DNA of 64,000 nucleotides from Octopus sinensis. Taxonomy: Eukaryota. The notes under the pieces are model-generated. The model had not been told where the DNA came from, ran no database searches, and saw only the letters and a program-made list of their open reading frames with translations. Positions 27,429 to 39,752 of this stretch are shown one piece after another. Each line of letters starts with the position of its first letter. The first letter of the stretch is position 1. The DNA lies in the NCBI RefSeq assembly GCF_006345805.1, contig NC_043007.1:30008001-30072000 (forward strand), given 5' to 3'. Both the position numbers and the translations under genes were made by a program.

Positions 27429-28328
27429 GTCTGAATTTATATTGATATTTATGTATGTACTGATGCAGATGCGGGACGTAAGCATATTAGAATTTTTTTC
27501 GTTTTTATATGTGCCAATATCTCCCACTTCACACGTTCGCACACCTATATATTTCTCTGTGTGTACACACACACACATACACACACACACACACACACAT
27601 ATATATTAAGCATATATTAAGACTTATTCAGCAATTCGGGCACGATACCTCCCTGGCTCTCTGTTAATAGAAATACACATAGGCTAACAATCAATCAATC
27701 GATCGATTGAGCTCCGAGAAGGACATTAAACGCACCTTCAGTGTATATCGGAAACAGCTGTAAGCTTACGATGCACAAATAAATATGTAAAGTTCGTTAT
27801 TAATGACTTCTCTTATATACATATATATATACTCATACACACATACACTTACACATACGCACACACACTTATACAGATACACAAAAAACACAAATACACG
27901 CATATACATACATTTATATCAGATACAAAAATGTACACCACACACACACACACACACACACTCACACATACACACACATGAGATAGACTTACAGCTAAGA
28001 GCTCTCCCTCTTGTAGAACTTCTCAGGAATTCTCAAGTGATTCTTCTAAGCGTCCTTGTAATTAAACGGTAGAAGATCAATGACGTCACAGTGGCATAAA
28101 TGTCAACCAGAGTACCACCCTACGCTGTCATACCTTTTGCATAACCTACATTGTACAACAGCGAAGGAATACTGTACAAGGGTCAGCAAGGGTTAATTGA
28201 GAGAAGGAGGGAGGGAGAGAGAGAGAGGTCTGTGACAAGCAACGGGTTGCGACTTTTTAAGCATGCACCATCGTTAATAGATACATATTCATAGCCATAA
28301 ACACATGAATATGTGTTTGATATATGTA

Positions 28329-28388
<60 letters not shown>

Positions 28389-28422
28389 ATATATATATAC
28401 ATATAAATATATATATATATAT

Positions 28423-28718
28423 AATATTAATTAGAGACAAAACCACTATTTTGCAAATCAAACAAAGAAAGACTTAATCCAATATATAAAAAAAATTTAA
28501 TATAAATTAAATAAAATTAATATTCGCCACTACAATTGTTTCATGTCTCTTCTCAGGACATTCATCAGGTGGATTTCAGATCTTCTATTCTATTTTAAGT
28601 TATGAAGTGTAGTGGTTTTGTCTCTAATTAATATTCTATAATATTACTATAAAATTGGATTCATCCTAAATCTGATTTTCCCTGTAAATTTGGATTTATT
28701 CCCTAATATTTATTTTAT

Positions 28719-28722
<4 letters not shown>
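28423..28722 (-). mobile_element. Penelope-type tail fragment with HHR and inverted partial tail copy, inserted in (TA)n
   Basis: Exact 26-bp inverted repeat at 28423-28448 and 28610-28635 around an HHR at 28527-28572. (TA)n on both sides. Confidence 0.7.
28527..28572 (-). ncRNA. Type I hammerhead ribozyme motif, intact core
   Basis: CCAC CUGAUGA AUGUC(CUGAGAAGA)GACAU GAAAC AAUU GUA GUGG. Stem I 4 bp, stem II 5 bp, palindromic ACAAUUGU stem III, GUA triplet. Confidence 0.8.
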
Positions 28723-28782
<60 letters not shown>

Positions 28783-29037
28783 CGTATATGTATATCCACC
28801 AACATAGATATACATTTTCTTCTGCGTAAGCTAAGAAACGATGACTAGTGAACATTTTGTAAATGTAACTTTTCACCGTAAGTCTACACTATAGAAAATA
28901 GTCGAATATTTGGACACAAAAACAAAAATGGCGATTAGTATACGTGGGGAATGAACGCAATATACGGCGAAAGCTTATAATGATATTTGCAATATATATA
29001 TATACATACACACACACACACACATATATACCAGTGA

Positions 29038-29075
<38 letters not shown>

Positions 29076-29184
29076 ATATATATATATATATATATATATC
29101 TATATCTATACGCACATGTACAAATATGTGTGTATATATATATATTTATATAAATATATACACACATATATATGTGTGTAGTTA

Positions 29185-29216
<32 letters not shown>

Positions 29217-30038
29217 TGAATGTATGTATGTATGTATGTATGTATGTATGTATGTATAAGTATCATAAAGCTATGTGTATGCGTCTGCGTACGTGTGTGT
29301 GTGTGTGTGTGCATGTGTGTTAGGTCAACAGTTGTTGTTCTAAACAACAGTGCAAAACGTGTTTACAAGTGTTTTTTTGTGAAAAAGAGTTCTTGTGTCT
29401 GGGAATTCTTGTTGAGTGGGTTTCTCTGGTCAACAACACTTTAAAGGAATCGCAATTATGGGCCGAGCAGATGGCGTTTGAAGAATCTTTGAGAAGTGTT
29501 GAGTAATCTCTGTGGGAAGTGTTGAGAAGAGGATTGAAAGAAGACTGTGTCGAGTGAGAGTGGAAGAAGAACATTTCTTTCTTTTTTTTTCATTTTAGGA
29601 AAATAAATTGGCAAAAACTAACGTTGAAGAGAGATTGCCAAAGACAGAATGAGAGAAAAAGAGAGAGAGGGAAAGAGAGAGAGAGAGTGTGTGTGTGTGT
29701 GTGTGCGTGACGGAATGATTGCCATAATCTTTTATATGTGGCTGAGTGCTTCTGAGTGGATGAGAGTGACGGTATTTTAATAGACTTGAGATAATGAGAT
29801 AAATGCACACGCACACAGACACACAGACACATACACACATGCACACACACACACACACACACACACAACACACAGCTACAGATACATACACACATACATG
29901 CATGCAAATTTTTAAGTTGTTATTTGAATGTAATTTTAATATCAACAAAATGTTAATAATATAACTAGAGAGAAATTTATTTAAAAAAATTCAACCAGAT
30001 TTAGTGACAACCGAAGCAAAATTCGTAATCAAGCAAAT

Positions 30039-30122
<84 letters not shown>

Positions 30123-30150
30123 TATATATATATATACATATATACATATA

Positions 30151-30181
<31 letters not shown>

Positions 30182-30863
30182 CATATAATATATATATACA
30201 TATATATATACATAATTTCACAATAAATTTGAAAAGCTACACGCGAAAACGGTCTTTCTTTTAATTTATATCATTATAAGAGGAAAAAATTTTTTTTATT
30301 AATTTTCTAATACTCTTCAGACATATTGACGCAAATATATATATTTTTTAACATTTAAGCCTTCTGTCGTTTTTTCACTCTACTATTTTCTATATATTCA
30401 CCCACGTGCTTTCACAAACCAACTTTCTTATCTATATATATATATATATTATATATATTATATATATATATATATATAGTAAAGAAAAAATAAGAAGGTT
30501 AACAGCAGGCTGTTTCACCTCATACCGAAGGAATTAGAAATGGCAGTCAAAGACCGTTTTTCCAATTTCTATAAGTGGAGAATCCAAAAACGAAGGCCCT
30601 TACGGCTCACATACACAAAACCGGAGTGGCAAATATACGAATTCAGTCACTTACCGTTAATAGCGAACATATGTTTTTGGATCGCAAACGTAGAAATCAG
30701 TTTGAATTCCGTCATCGGCGCTATATTCGATAGCTTTACTAAATGCCACTAGCCCTCACTTCTGACCCAGCCACTTAGTTTTAACATCTGCTCTCTTCCC
30801 CCCACTATCTGATGTCGCTGGGTCAGAAGTGTGGGCTAGTGGCATTTAGTAAAGCTATCGAAT

Positions 30864-30928
30864 ATAGCGCCGATGACGGAATTCAAACTGATTTCTACGT
30901 TTGCGATCCAGAAACATATGTTCGCTAT
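30864..30928 (+). ncRNA. Type I hammerhead motif, core CCGAUGA (U4C), copy 1
   Basis: AUAGCG CCGAUGA C GGAAUUCAAAC(loop)GUUUGCGAUCC A GAAAC AUAU GUU CGCUAU. 6-bp stem I, 11-position stem II with 2 mismatches, palindromic ACAUAUGU. Predicted cut after 30922. Confidence 0.7.
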
Positions 30929-31411
30929 TAACGGTAAGTGACTGAATTCGTATATTTGCCACTCCGGTTTTGGGTATGTGAGCCGTAAGGGCCTTCGTTT
31001 TTGGATTCTCCACTTATAGAAATTGGAAAAACGGTCTTTGACTGCCATTTCTAATTCCTTCGGTATGAGGTGAAACAGCCTGCTGTTAACCTTCTTATTT
31101 TTTCTTTACTATATACTGAACCTTACAAAGGTCCTGACAATTAATTTGTCGTATTTACATACCGAAATTTACCGGTAAATAATTGTTGGTTACATGATAA
31201 ACCACAGGAAAATTATTTACCATTTTTATTGAATTACCATGTGGATTCCTCATTCCATTACGATTACCCAGAAAGCGCGCATGGCAGCAGATTTTGGAGG
31301 GAAATTTACGTTCCCAGTCGCCACTTAGTTTTAACATCTGCTCTCTTACCCCCACTATCTGATGTCGCTGGGTCAGAATGAGGGCTAGTGGCATTTATAA
31401 AGCTATCGAAT

Positions 31412-31476
31412 ATAGCGCCGATGACGGAATTCAAACTGATTTCTACGTTTGCGATCCAGAAACATATGTTCGCTAT
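31412..31476 (+). ncRNA. Type I hammerhead motif, core CCGAUGA, copy 2
   Basis: Identical to 30864-30928. Predicted cut after 31470, 548 nt downstream of copy 1. Confidence 0.7.
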
Positions 31477-31887
31477 TAACGGTAAGTGACTGAATTCGTA
31501 TATTTGCCACTCCGGTTTTGTGTATGTGAGCCGTAAGGGCCTTCGTTTTTGGATTCTCCACTTATAGAAATTGGAAAAACGGTCTTTGACTGCCATTTCT
31601 AATTCTTCGGTATGAGGTGAAACAGCCTGCTGTTAACCTTCTTATTTTTTCTTTACTATATACTGAACCTTACAAAGGTCCTGACAATTAATTTGTCGTA
31701 TTTACATACCGAAATTTACCGGTAAATAATTGTTGGTTACATGATAAACCACAGGAAAATTATTTACCATTTTTATTGAATTATATATATATATATATAT
31801 ATATATTAAGGTATGTAGAAAAATACAACATGGACAAGAACGTATAACTCTTAGAAGACGACACAATAAACATGGACAGGACATTCG

Positions 31888-33016
31888 TGTTGTTGGCATC
31901 CTTTTTGTCTCGGGAGACAATGGAGTTGCGCATAAAATAGTCTAGTCCGGCTTTTACATTTTATGTCCTGATACATTTCCTGCTGTGGCTGTGTAGTCCT
32001 ATCCTGGACAAACACTCCCTCTGGCAGGTACCGCAAATGTAGCGAAGACTGTTCCTGGCTGGTTGTAATGCCATAGTTTCTTGCTGACGTCTTCTCTTGT
32101 CTTTCCATTTCTCCTCTCTCTCTCTGTCACTCCTTTGTATTCCCTCTTTTACTGTAAGTCGCCATTCTCCACGGTTGCCGGCAACTGCTTCCCAACCGCT
32201 AATATTGATGTTGCAGGCCTTCATGTCCCTTTTGCAAACATCCTTGTAACGTAAGAACAGTCTACCCACAGACCTAGTACCCCTAGCAAGCTCTCCCTAG
32301 AGTATGTCCTTGGGGATTTTGTCATCTTTCATACGGCTAACATGCCCAAGCTATCTCATACGTCTTTGTGTGAGGAGTGCAAACATGCTTGGTATTCCTG
32401 CTTGCCTGAGGACATCTTTGTTGGGGATATGGTTCTGCCATTTGATGCGGAGGATTTTCCGGAGGCAGCGCAGGTGAAAGATTTTTAGGCGACGCTCTTG
32501 GCGTGTGTATAGCGTCCAGGTCTCGCTTCCATACAGTAGAGTGCTGAGTACACATGCCTGGTAGATCTTCATTTTCGTGGTCTTGATCAGCTTATTGTTG
32601 TCCCATGCCCGTTTGGAGAGTTGGGCCATCGCAGCAGCTGCCTTGCCAATGCGTATATTGAGCTCAGCGTCAAGGGATAGGTTGTAGGTGACGGTAGAGC
32701 CAAGATAGGTAAACTTCTCCACCTCTTACAATCTGTGGTCTCCAATATGTATGTTTGGGATGTCCGATGTAGCCTGACCCGTGATGTTGGTCTTCTTAAG
32801 GATGATAGCTAAGCCAAAGTCGTTACATGCTTGCTCAAAACAGTTAATGAGCCTTTGGAGGGCTTCTTCTGTGTGTGATACCAAAGCGGCATCATCAGCA
32901 AATAGCATCTCCTTGATCAGGACGTTTCTGATTTTGGTCTTGGCACGCAGGCGCGAGAGATTGAACAGTTTCCCGTCACTTCTACTGTGCAGAAACACTC
33001 CATCATCTGATGCCTG
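31888..33016 (-). mobile_element. RTE-clade LINE 3' portion (RT C-terminus, C2H2-like tail, 3' UTR), frameshifted
   Basis: MLFADDAAL, FTYLGS, TLLYGSETW, CGTCQRECLSRIGLHSH. 3' end CCATTGTCTCCCGAGACAAAAAGGATGCCAACAAC. Confidence 0.9.
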
Positions 33017-33017
33017 A

Positions 33018-33424
33018 TGCCCGCGTTATCCTGGCCAGGCTACAACTACTTGCTTCTCGAATCTCTCCGGAATCGCAGTGTGGCTTTAGAAGAAGCAGAT
33101 CAACTATCGATATGATATTCTCCATACGCCAACTTCAGGAGAAGTCCAGAGAGCAGAAAATGCCATTATATATGGCCTTCATTGATCTAACAAAGGCCTT
33201 TGACTCGGTAATCAGAACAGGCCTCTTCATCCTGCTCCAAAAAATCGAATGTCCACCAAAGCTGCTGAGGATCATCAAGTCTTTCCATGATGATATGCAA
33301 GGCACCATACAGCACAATGGTTCAACATCAGCAGCCTTCGAAATAAAAACGGGGTAAAGCAAGGTTGTGTGTCCTCGCTCCTACATTATTTGGCATCTTC
33401 TTCCCGCTCTTACTCTCACATGCC

Positions 33425-33429
<5 letters not shown>
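33018..33429 (+). mobile_element. Inverted 5' segment of the same RTE LINE (upstream RT domains)
   Basis: [42 protein letters not shown] (frameshifted), ends LLSHAF, the residue block just before QASDDG at 33016. Confidence 0.88.
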
Positions 33430-33490
<61 letters not shown>

Positions 33491-33512
33491 CATACATATA
33501 TATATATGTATG

Positions 33513-33543
<31 letters not shown>

Positions 33544-33621
33544 ACATATATATATACATACATATATATATATGTATATATATAATATATATATATGTAC
33601 ATGTGTATACATATATATATA

Positions 33622-33653
<32 letters not shown>

Positions 33654-33719
33654 GTATACATATATATATGTATACATATATATATATACATATATATATG
33701 TATACATATATATATACAT

Positions 33720-33752
<33 letters not shown>

Positions 33753-33885
33753 GTACATGTGTATACATATATATATATATATGAATATACATGTATATAT
33801 ATGCACGACATATATATACATACATATATATACATATATATATATATACATATGTATATACACGATATATATATATATATATATT
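33430..33885. repeat. Long compound (TA)n field
   Basis: Seen directly. Confidence 0.95.
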
Positions 33886-33965
33886 CTTCAAAATTCTTCA
33901 AGGCGCGGTCCAAAAACTGAAACAAAAAACGATAAAAAAGTGACACACACATGCGCGCACACACG

Positions 33966-33996
<31 letters not shown>

Positions 33997-35513
33997 GCAT
34001 GCATACACGCACATCTACTTGCGTGTGTATGATCTGTGGCAGCTCGCTTTGCCGTCGATTGTCGACCGTCGCAGAGGAATCGCTGACCAAACCGCCGCTG
34101 ATTAGAAAAGTGAAAAAAAAAATATCCCGCGTTACTCCTTTTGTTTTCTATTGAAAACTTTATCACAAACGTCATAAAGATTTAAATAGAAACACGATGA
34201 ATTGCAATATACTGGCAGTGTTTTTTATACCTCATTTCATTGCATGACAATAGAATTCTTCAATATGATAGAAAAAGGAGCATATAACTGCAGACGCTAA
34301 ATAAAATACTAAGTAGGATCCTTTGAAGAAACAGTGAATGATTCCTGCCCCTTGGCTATACTTCATCGTGTATCAGATCACAATAAATGAAAAAGATGGG
34401 TTGTACTTTATCATTTATTGGCTCAACAGGAAGAATATTTAAAAACAGATCTTGCCATGTTCTTTCAGATACTGTCACAAGTATTATATTGTTGTCAAAG
34501 CACATCTACCAACTGAGTGTAAAAGCGACCGACCGATATCACAAAATTTATACTTTTTTCAGCAACAATTCATAACAGTGTAACTCGTGTTTATCAGAAA
34601 AATTTCATATCTTAAACCACCAACACACATAACAATCAGGAAAAGATAATGAAAAAGTAAAAAAAAAAAGAGCAACACTAGTGGTTAAATATGAACACGG
34701 TACGGAGTCTGTTTTCAGACTAACGGGATACAACTAGTGATGATGATGATGATGATGTTGATAATGATGATAATAGTGATAATGGTGGCGGTGGTGGTGG
34801 TGGTGGTGGTGGTGGTGGTGGTGATGATGATGATGATCATCATTGTGTACACGAGTTCGTGTGTGAATGTGTGTCTGTCTGTGTAAGCATGTATGTATAT
34901 ATGTATGTATGCACGTGTGTATGTATGTTTGTGTATATGTATGCATGTATGTATGTGTGTATGTATGTAGGTATGTGTATTTGTGTGTATGGGTGTGACG
35001 ACGTGTGTCCTGTATCTTATTTCATTATTACAGCCCCTAAAGACACGGTAGTAATGATGATGATAATGATGATGATGATGATGGTGGTAGTGGTCATGTT
35101 CAAGACAGGCATGCAATATGTCCTCTCGCTACCACCAGCACCACCACCATCACCACAACTGTCCGCTGCTGTCCATTCTAATAAATATTCTTCTAGGCAA
35201 AAAAAAAAATACACTTGGAATAAATGATAAGGTTGGTGGTGGTTGAGGTGGTGGTTGTGGTGGTGGTGGTTGTGGTCATCGCCGTCGTAGTCGAAGTGAT
35301 CGTGGTAGTGGTGATCTTAGAGATAGTGTGATTGGGATAATGATGGTGGTGGTGGTAGTGGTGGCGTTGTTGGTTATAGTGGTGGTGTTAGTGGTAGTGG
35401 CAGAGGTGCTAGTAGTAGTAGTAGTGGTGGTGGTAGGGATGGTAGTGGGGTTGATGACTGTAGTTGTTGTTGCGGTGGTGGCTGTTGTAGTGGTCGTGGT
35501 TCACACACACACA

Positions 35514-35561
<48 letters not shown>

Positions 35562-35934
35562 CTTACATCATTGTGAATTCCAGCGTCGATGGTTCCAGCT
35601 TTCCTACTGGACGATCGGTGATTCAATGTAATTTCTATGGCAACAGTGACAAAGATGTGTGTGAGCATGTGGCGCGAATGGAATGAATACCACGTGTTTT
35701 GTTAGACGCACCGATTTGACCGACGCGACGCACACACACACACATCTGTGTGTGTATCTATATGTGTGTGTGTGCGCGTGCGTGCGTGTGGCTACTGGTC
35801 TTCCGACAGTTTCGGGTCACCAAATTTCAGTTTCGGGTCACCTGGTTACTCAATATTATGGCAAAAGATCGGATTCTGTTGCTTTCTGCATTTTATAATC
35901 TGTGCATTTTGTCTGGAAGGGTAGGTTGCCTTAT

Positions 35935-35971
35935 ATTGATGACGATGGAAATGATGATGATGACGATGATG

Positions 35972-36003
<32 letters not shown>

Positions 36004-36145
36004 GATGGTGATGGTGATGGTGATGGTGATGATGATAATGATGATGATGATGGTAATGGTGATGGTGGTGATGATGGTGATGGTGATGGTGATGATGATG
36101 ATGATGATGATGATGAGGATGACGACGACGACGACGACGACGATG
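35935..36145. repeat. (GAT/GGT)n microsatellite
   Basis: Seen directly. Confidence 0.95.
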
Positions 36146-36437
36146 ACGTGGTTGTTGCTGTTGCTTCTACAAATGTGGTTACTATCGTTGTTTTTTTTTC
36201 TTTCTGCTGGACAAGACACTTAAACACCCTTTCCCCAAGGCTGGTCACTCTTTTGGGAAATTTATTAATATAGTCTTGCCACTTTTAGGAACTTTCACAT
36301 AATGCCACCACCACCACCACCACCACCAGAGACATAATCCGATTCAGCAGCAGTAATGATTATTGCGATTGTAGTGATAGGAATGATGATGGTGGAGATG
36401 GTGGTGGCGGTGAACATGTGGTGTAGAAGCGATACAG

Positions 36438-36493
<56 letters not shown>

Positions 36494-36530
36494 GTGTGTG
36501 TGTGTGTGTGTATGTATGTATATGTATATA

Positions 36531-36586
<56 letters not shown>

Positions 36587-37522
36587 CACATACATATATA
36601 TATATGGTTATGTGTTGTGTACGGGTGTATGTGTGTATGAATATGTGTGTATATATCTATGTCCGTGTCTGTGTACGTACATCTGTGAATAGACGTATGT
36701 CTGTGGATGTGCGAGTGTGTGCGCGTGCGTAATTATGTGGATATATATACATGTGTGTGTGTGTGTATATGTGTATATATGTGTATGTATCTGTCTGCAT
36801 CTACCACTCATCATTCATTAGTCATTTATTGACAACTATGTAATAAAACTTTCCCAGAAATCCCCAGTTAATTCACGCCTCACTTCCGGCTGACATGTTA
36901 CAGGAACAAATAAACCTCTTGGCAATATTCTTCTTCCTATTGTTGTACATCCCTACTAAGGTGTTGTTGTTGTTGTTTTAGCTCCAACTCATCCCTGTAC
37001 CAGCAAGCCTATGATCAAAGGCATTCCACATCATGACCATCCATCCTCTCTCGTGCGTACAGGAAACCCAGAGTCACATTATCTAACGCTTCCATTTTTT
37101 TAAAGACGCCAGTGAATTGTAGGGGATTTAGCTGCCATGTCTAGCAGGCCATGTGTTACGTAGAAACTCCCTCATTCTCCTACGTTGCTACGGTACTTAT
37201 ACAAGCTTAAATTCATCGTTGCAAACTCATTGATCAAAAGCATTCCAGCCATGACCATTTCGCCTTTGAACAAGTATATAGGACTGCGCTATCTCATCTA
37301 TTATCCTTTAATTGTTATGAGACTGCGACCATGCTGGAGCACTCACTTGCAGAATTTTAGTCGAACGTATTGATCTCAGTGCTAGGTTACTTTTTCTAAG
37401 CCTAATACTACTTCTATCGAACCTCTTTTGCCAAACTGTTAAGTTACAACATCGGTCGTCAAGTGATGGTGCGGGACAAACACAGACATTTAGACACACA
37501 CACACGCATAGCCATACACACA

Positions 37523-37660
37523 TACCGTGGCTGTGTGGCAAGAAGCTTCCTTCTCAGCCACATGGTTCCGGTTTCAGTCCCACTGCGTAGCATCTTGGGT
37601 AAGTGTCTGCTACTATAGCCTCGGGCCGACCAAAGCCTTGTGAGTGGATTTTGAAGCCCG

Positions 37661-37712
<52 letters not shown>

Positions 37713-39720
37713 GTGTGTGTATGTATGTATGTATGTATGTATGTATGTATGTATGTATGTATGTATGTATGTGTGCTTGTTTGCATGGGGAGGTGTCTTC
37801 GTGTCTGTATTTGTCCGCTTGACAACTGGTACTGGTGTGTTTACGTCACCATAACTTAGCTATTCGACAAAAGATGCCGATAGAATAAGTACCCGGCTTA
37901 AAAAAGAAGTACTGTGGTTCAATTCACTCGACGGGCTTCTTTCAGTTTCCGTCTACCAAATCTACTCACAAGGCTTTGGTCGGCCCGAGGCTATAGTAGA
38001 AGGCACTTGCCGAAGGTGCCACGCAGTGGAACTGAACCTAGAAGCAAACTTCTTACCACACAGCCACTCCTGCGAACAACAGCAGAGTGTGATTTGAGTA
38101 AGATTTAGCTGTTATTTCTGGAAAGTTAGTACTTAACTGGTGCTCATATTTTATCAGCCCCAGGAGGATAAACGGTAAAGTTGAACTGAGACCGTAAAAC
38201 GAAAGCGATGTAGCTTCATGCTACAAGCCATTCCCCCACCCCCCGCTCAACCGATTCTGCAGTCTGTCATCACTTCCATTATAACAAATAGAATTATCAT
38301 AATTTTGACATGGAATGTGGGGGGGGGGGAATAGATTTTCCATTTTAAAAGTTAAATGGCGTTTTAAATTAAAAAGGAAAGAAGAAAGAAAAGAATTTGT
38401 CCTTTAGATATAATTTAGTTTGGAATGTAACATTCCGGGATTTGAAGAACAGTTGCTCCCGTAGAAATTAGCGTATTGGAACCAGATACGACACACACTG
38501 TCTCGATGCACTGCCTAGGAGGGGTTCAATTCCACCAAGTTTAACAGAGCTTGACGGATGTTATATTAATTAATTTCGAAATTTTTATTCCTTTTTGATT
38601 GAAAAAGTTAAATTTTAAAATGCGAAGTGATTAACTCCTTCTGCTATTGGTACAAGGCCGGAAATTTTGTGGGGAGGGGACTAGTTGATTAAATCGACCC
38701 CACTGCATCCGAGAGGATGAACGGTAAAGTCGACCTCGGTGGAATTTGAACTCAGAACGAAAAGACAAACGAAATTCCACGAAGCATTTTGCTTGGTTTG
38801 TTAACGATTCGGCCAGCTCCCCGCCTTAGTTTGTAAAAACGATTTCAAATGTTGGCCGAAGGACATCCATTTCAGGGGAGTCGATTACATTGACCCCAGT
38901 GTATAACTGGTACTTATTTTATCGACCCCGAAAGAATTAAAGGCGAAGTTGGACTCGGCAGAATTTGAACTCAGAACGTAAAGACAAAGAAATGTCGCTA
39001 AGCCTTTCGCCCGGCGTGCTCACGATTCTGCCAGTTCTCTGCGTTAGTTTGTGAGAAATGTTTGGTTTCAAATGTTGGAGGTGAAGGTATAATCCTCTCC
39101 GAGGATATCACTGGTACTTTATTCCATTGACTCTCTGCCCCTAGCTCAGCAAAAAGTTGGCACAGCCGAGATTTGAACTTGGAACTTAAAGAAATATCAC
39201 TTAATACCACCAGGTATTAAGTTTTGGACAAAAGGAATTTCAGATTTCTTAAGTTCGAATCTCATTCGCTTTATCTCTGCATTTCTATCTCCCAGGGTTG
39301 ATAAAACAAATATCAACAAGAACTGGGATCAATTTAGCCTTTTCCTAACAATTCATAGATATTATCAACAAGGTTGCTGGACAGACAGAATCATTAGGGC
39401 GTTGGGTAGACCGCTAGGTGGCGTTTAGTTACAACTCTTTAGGTTCTGAGTTCGAATCATGCCGGGGTGAACTTTGCCTTTCATTCTTTCGGGGTCGATA
39501 TAATCGACTTACTCACTCCCTATCCATTAAATTGCTGGCCTTGTTTGGATGTGTGGTTAAAAAGCTCGCTTAGCAATGACTTGGTTTCGGGTTCAATCCC
39601 ACAACGCGGCACCTCGAGTAAGCACCTTCTACTATAGCTCTGGACCAGTTAATACCGTGCGAGTGAATTTGGTAGACGGAAATTTGGAAGCCGTCTCAAA
39701 TGTACACACACACATAACCT
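37523..39720. mobile_element. Cluster of SINE copies and fragments in both orientations
   Basis: Recurrent motifs GAGTTCAAATTCCGCCGAGGTCGACTTTGCCTTTC, GGGGTCGAT and CCACTGCGTGGCACCTT. Individual boundaries approximate. Confidence 0.6.
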
Positions 39721-39738
39721 ACCACAGCTGCATGGGAT

Positions 39739-39752
39739 GGAGTACATGCAGT
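39739..39752. repeat. Target-site duplication of the Tx1 LINE, copy at the 3' end (partner at 42820-42833)
   Basis: GGAGTACATGCAGT occurs exactly at 39739-39752 and 42820-42833. Confidence 0.9.

Larger units (their letters stand above)
30473..31783 (+). mobile_element. Retrozyme-like or Penelope-type repeat: two tandem ~550-bp units (30770-31319 and partial 31320-31783) plus a 299-bp inverted 5' arm (30473-30771), embedded in (TA)n
   Basis: Identical spurious ORF peptides at 30540(+), 30836(-) and 31306(-). One HHR motif per unit. No coding capacity. Confidence 0.75.

Noticed and set aside
30540-31596. Triplicated 70-96 aa ORF MAVKDRFSNF...
   Set aside because: No recognisable motif; it is the antisense reading of the HHR repeat unit.
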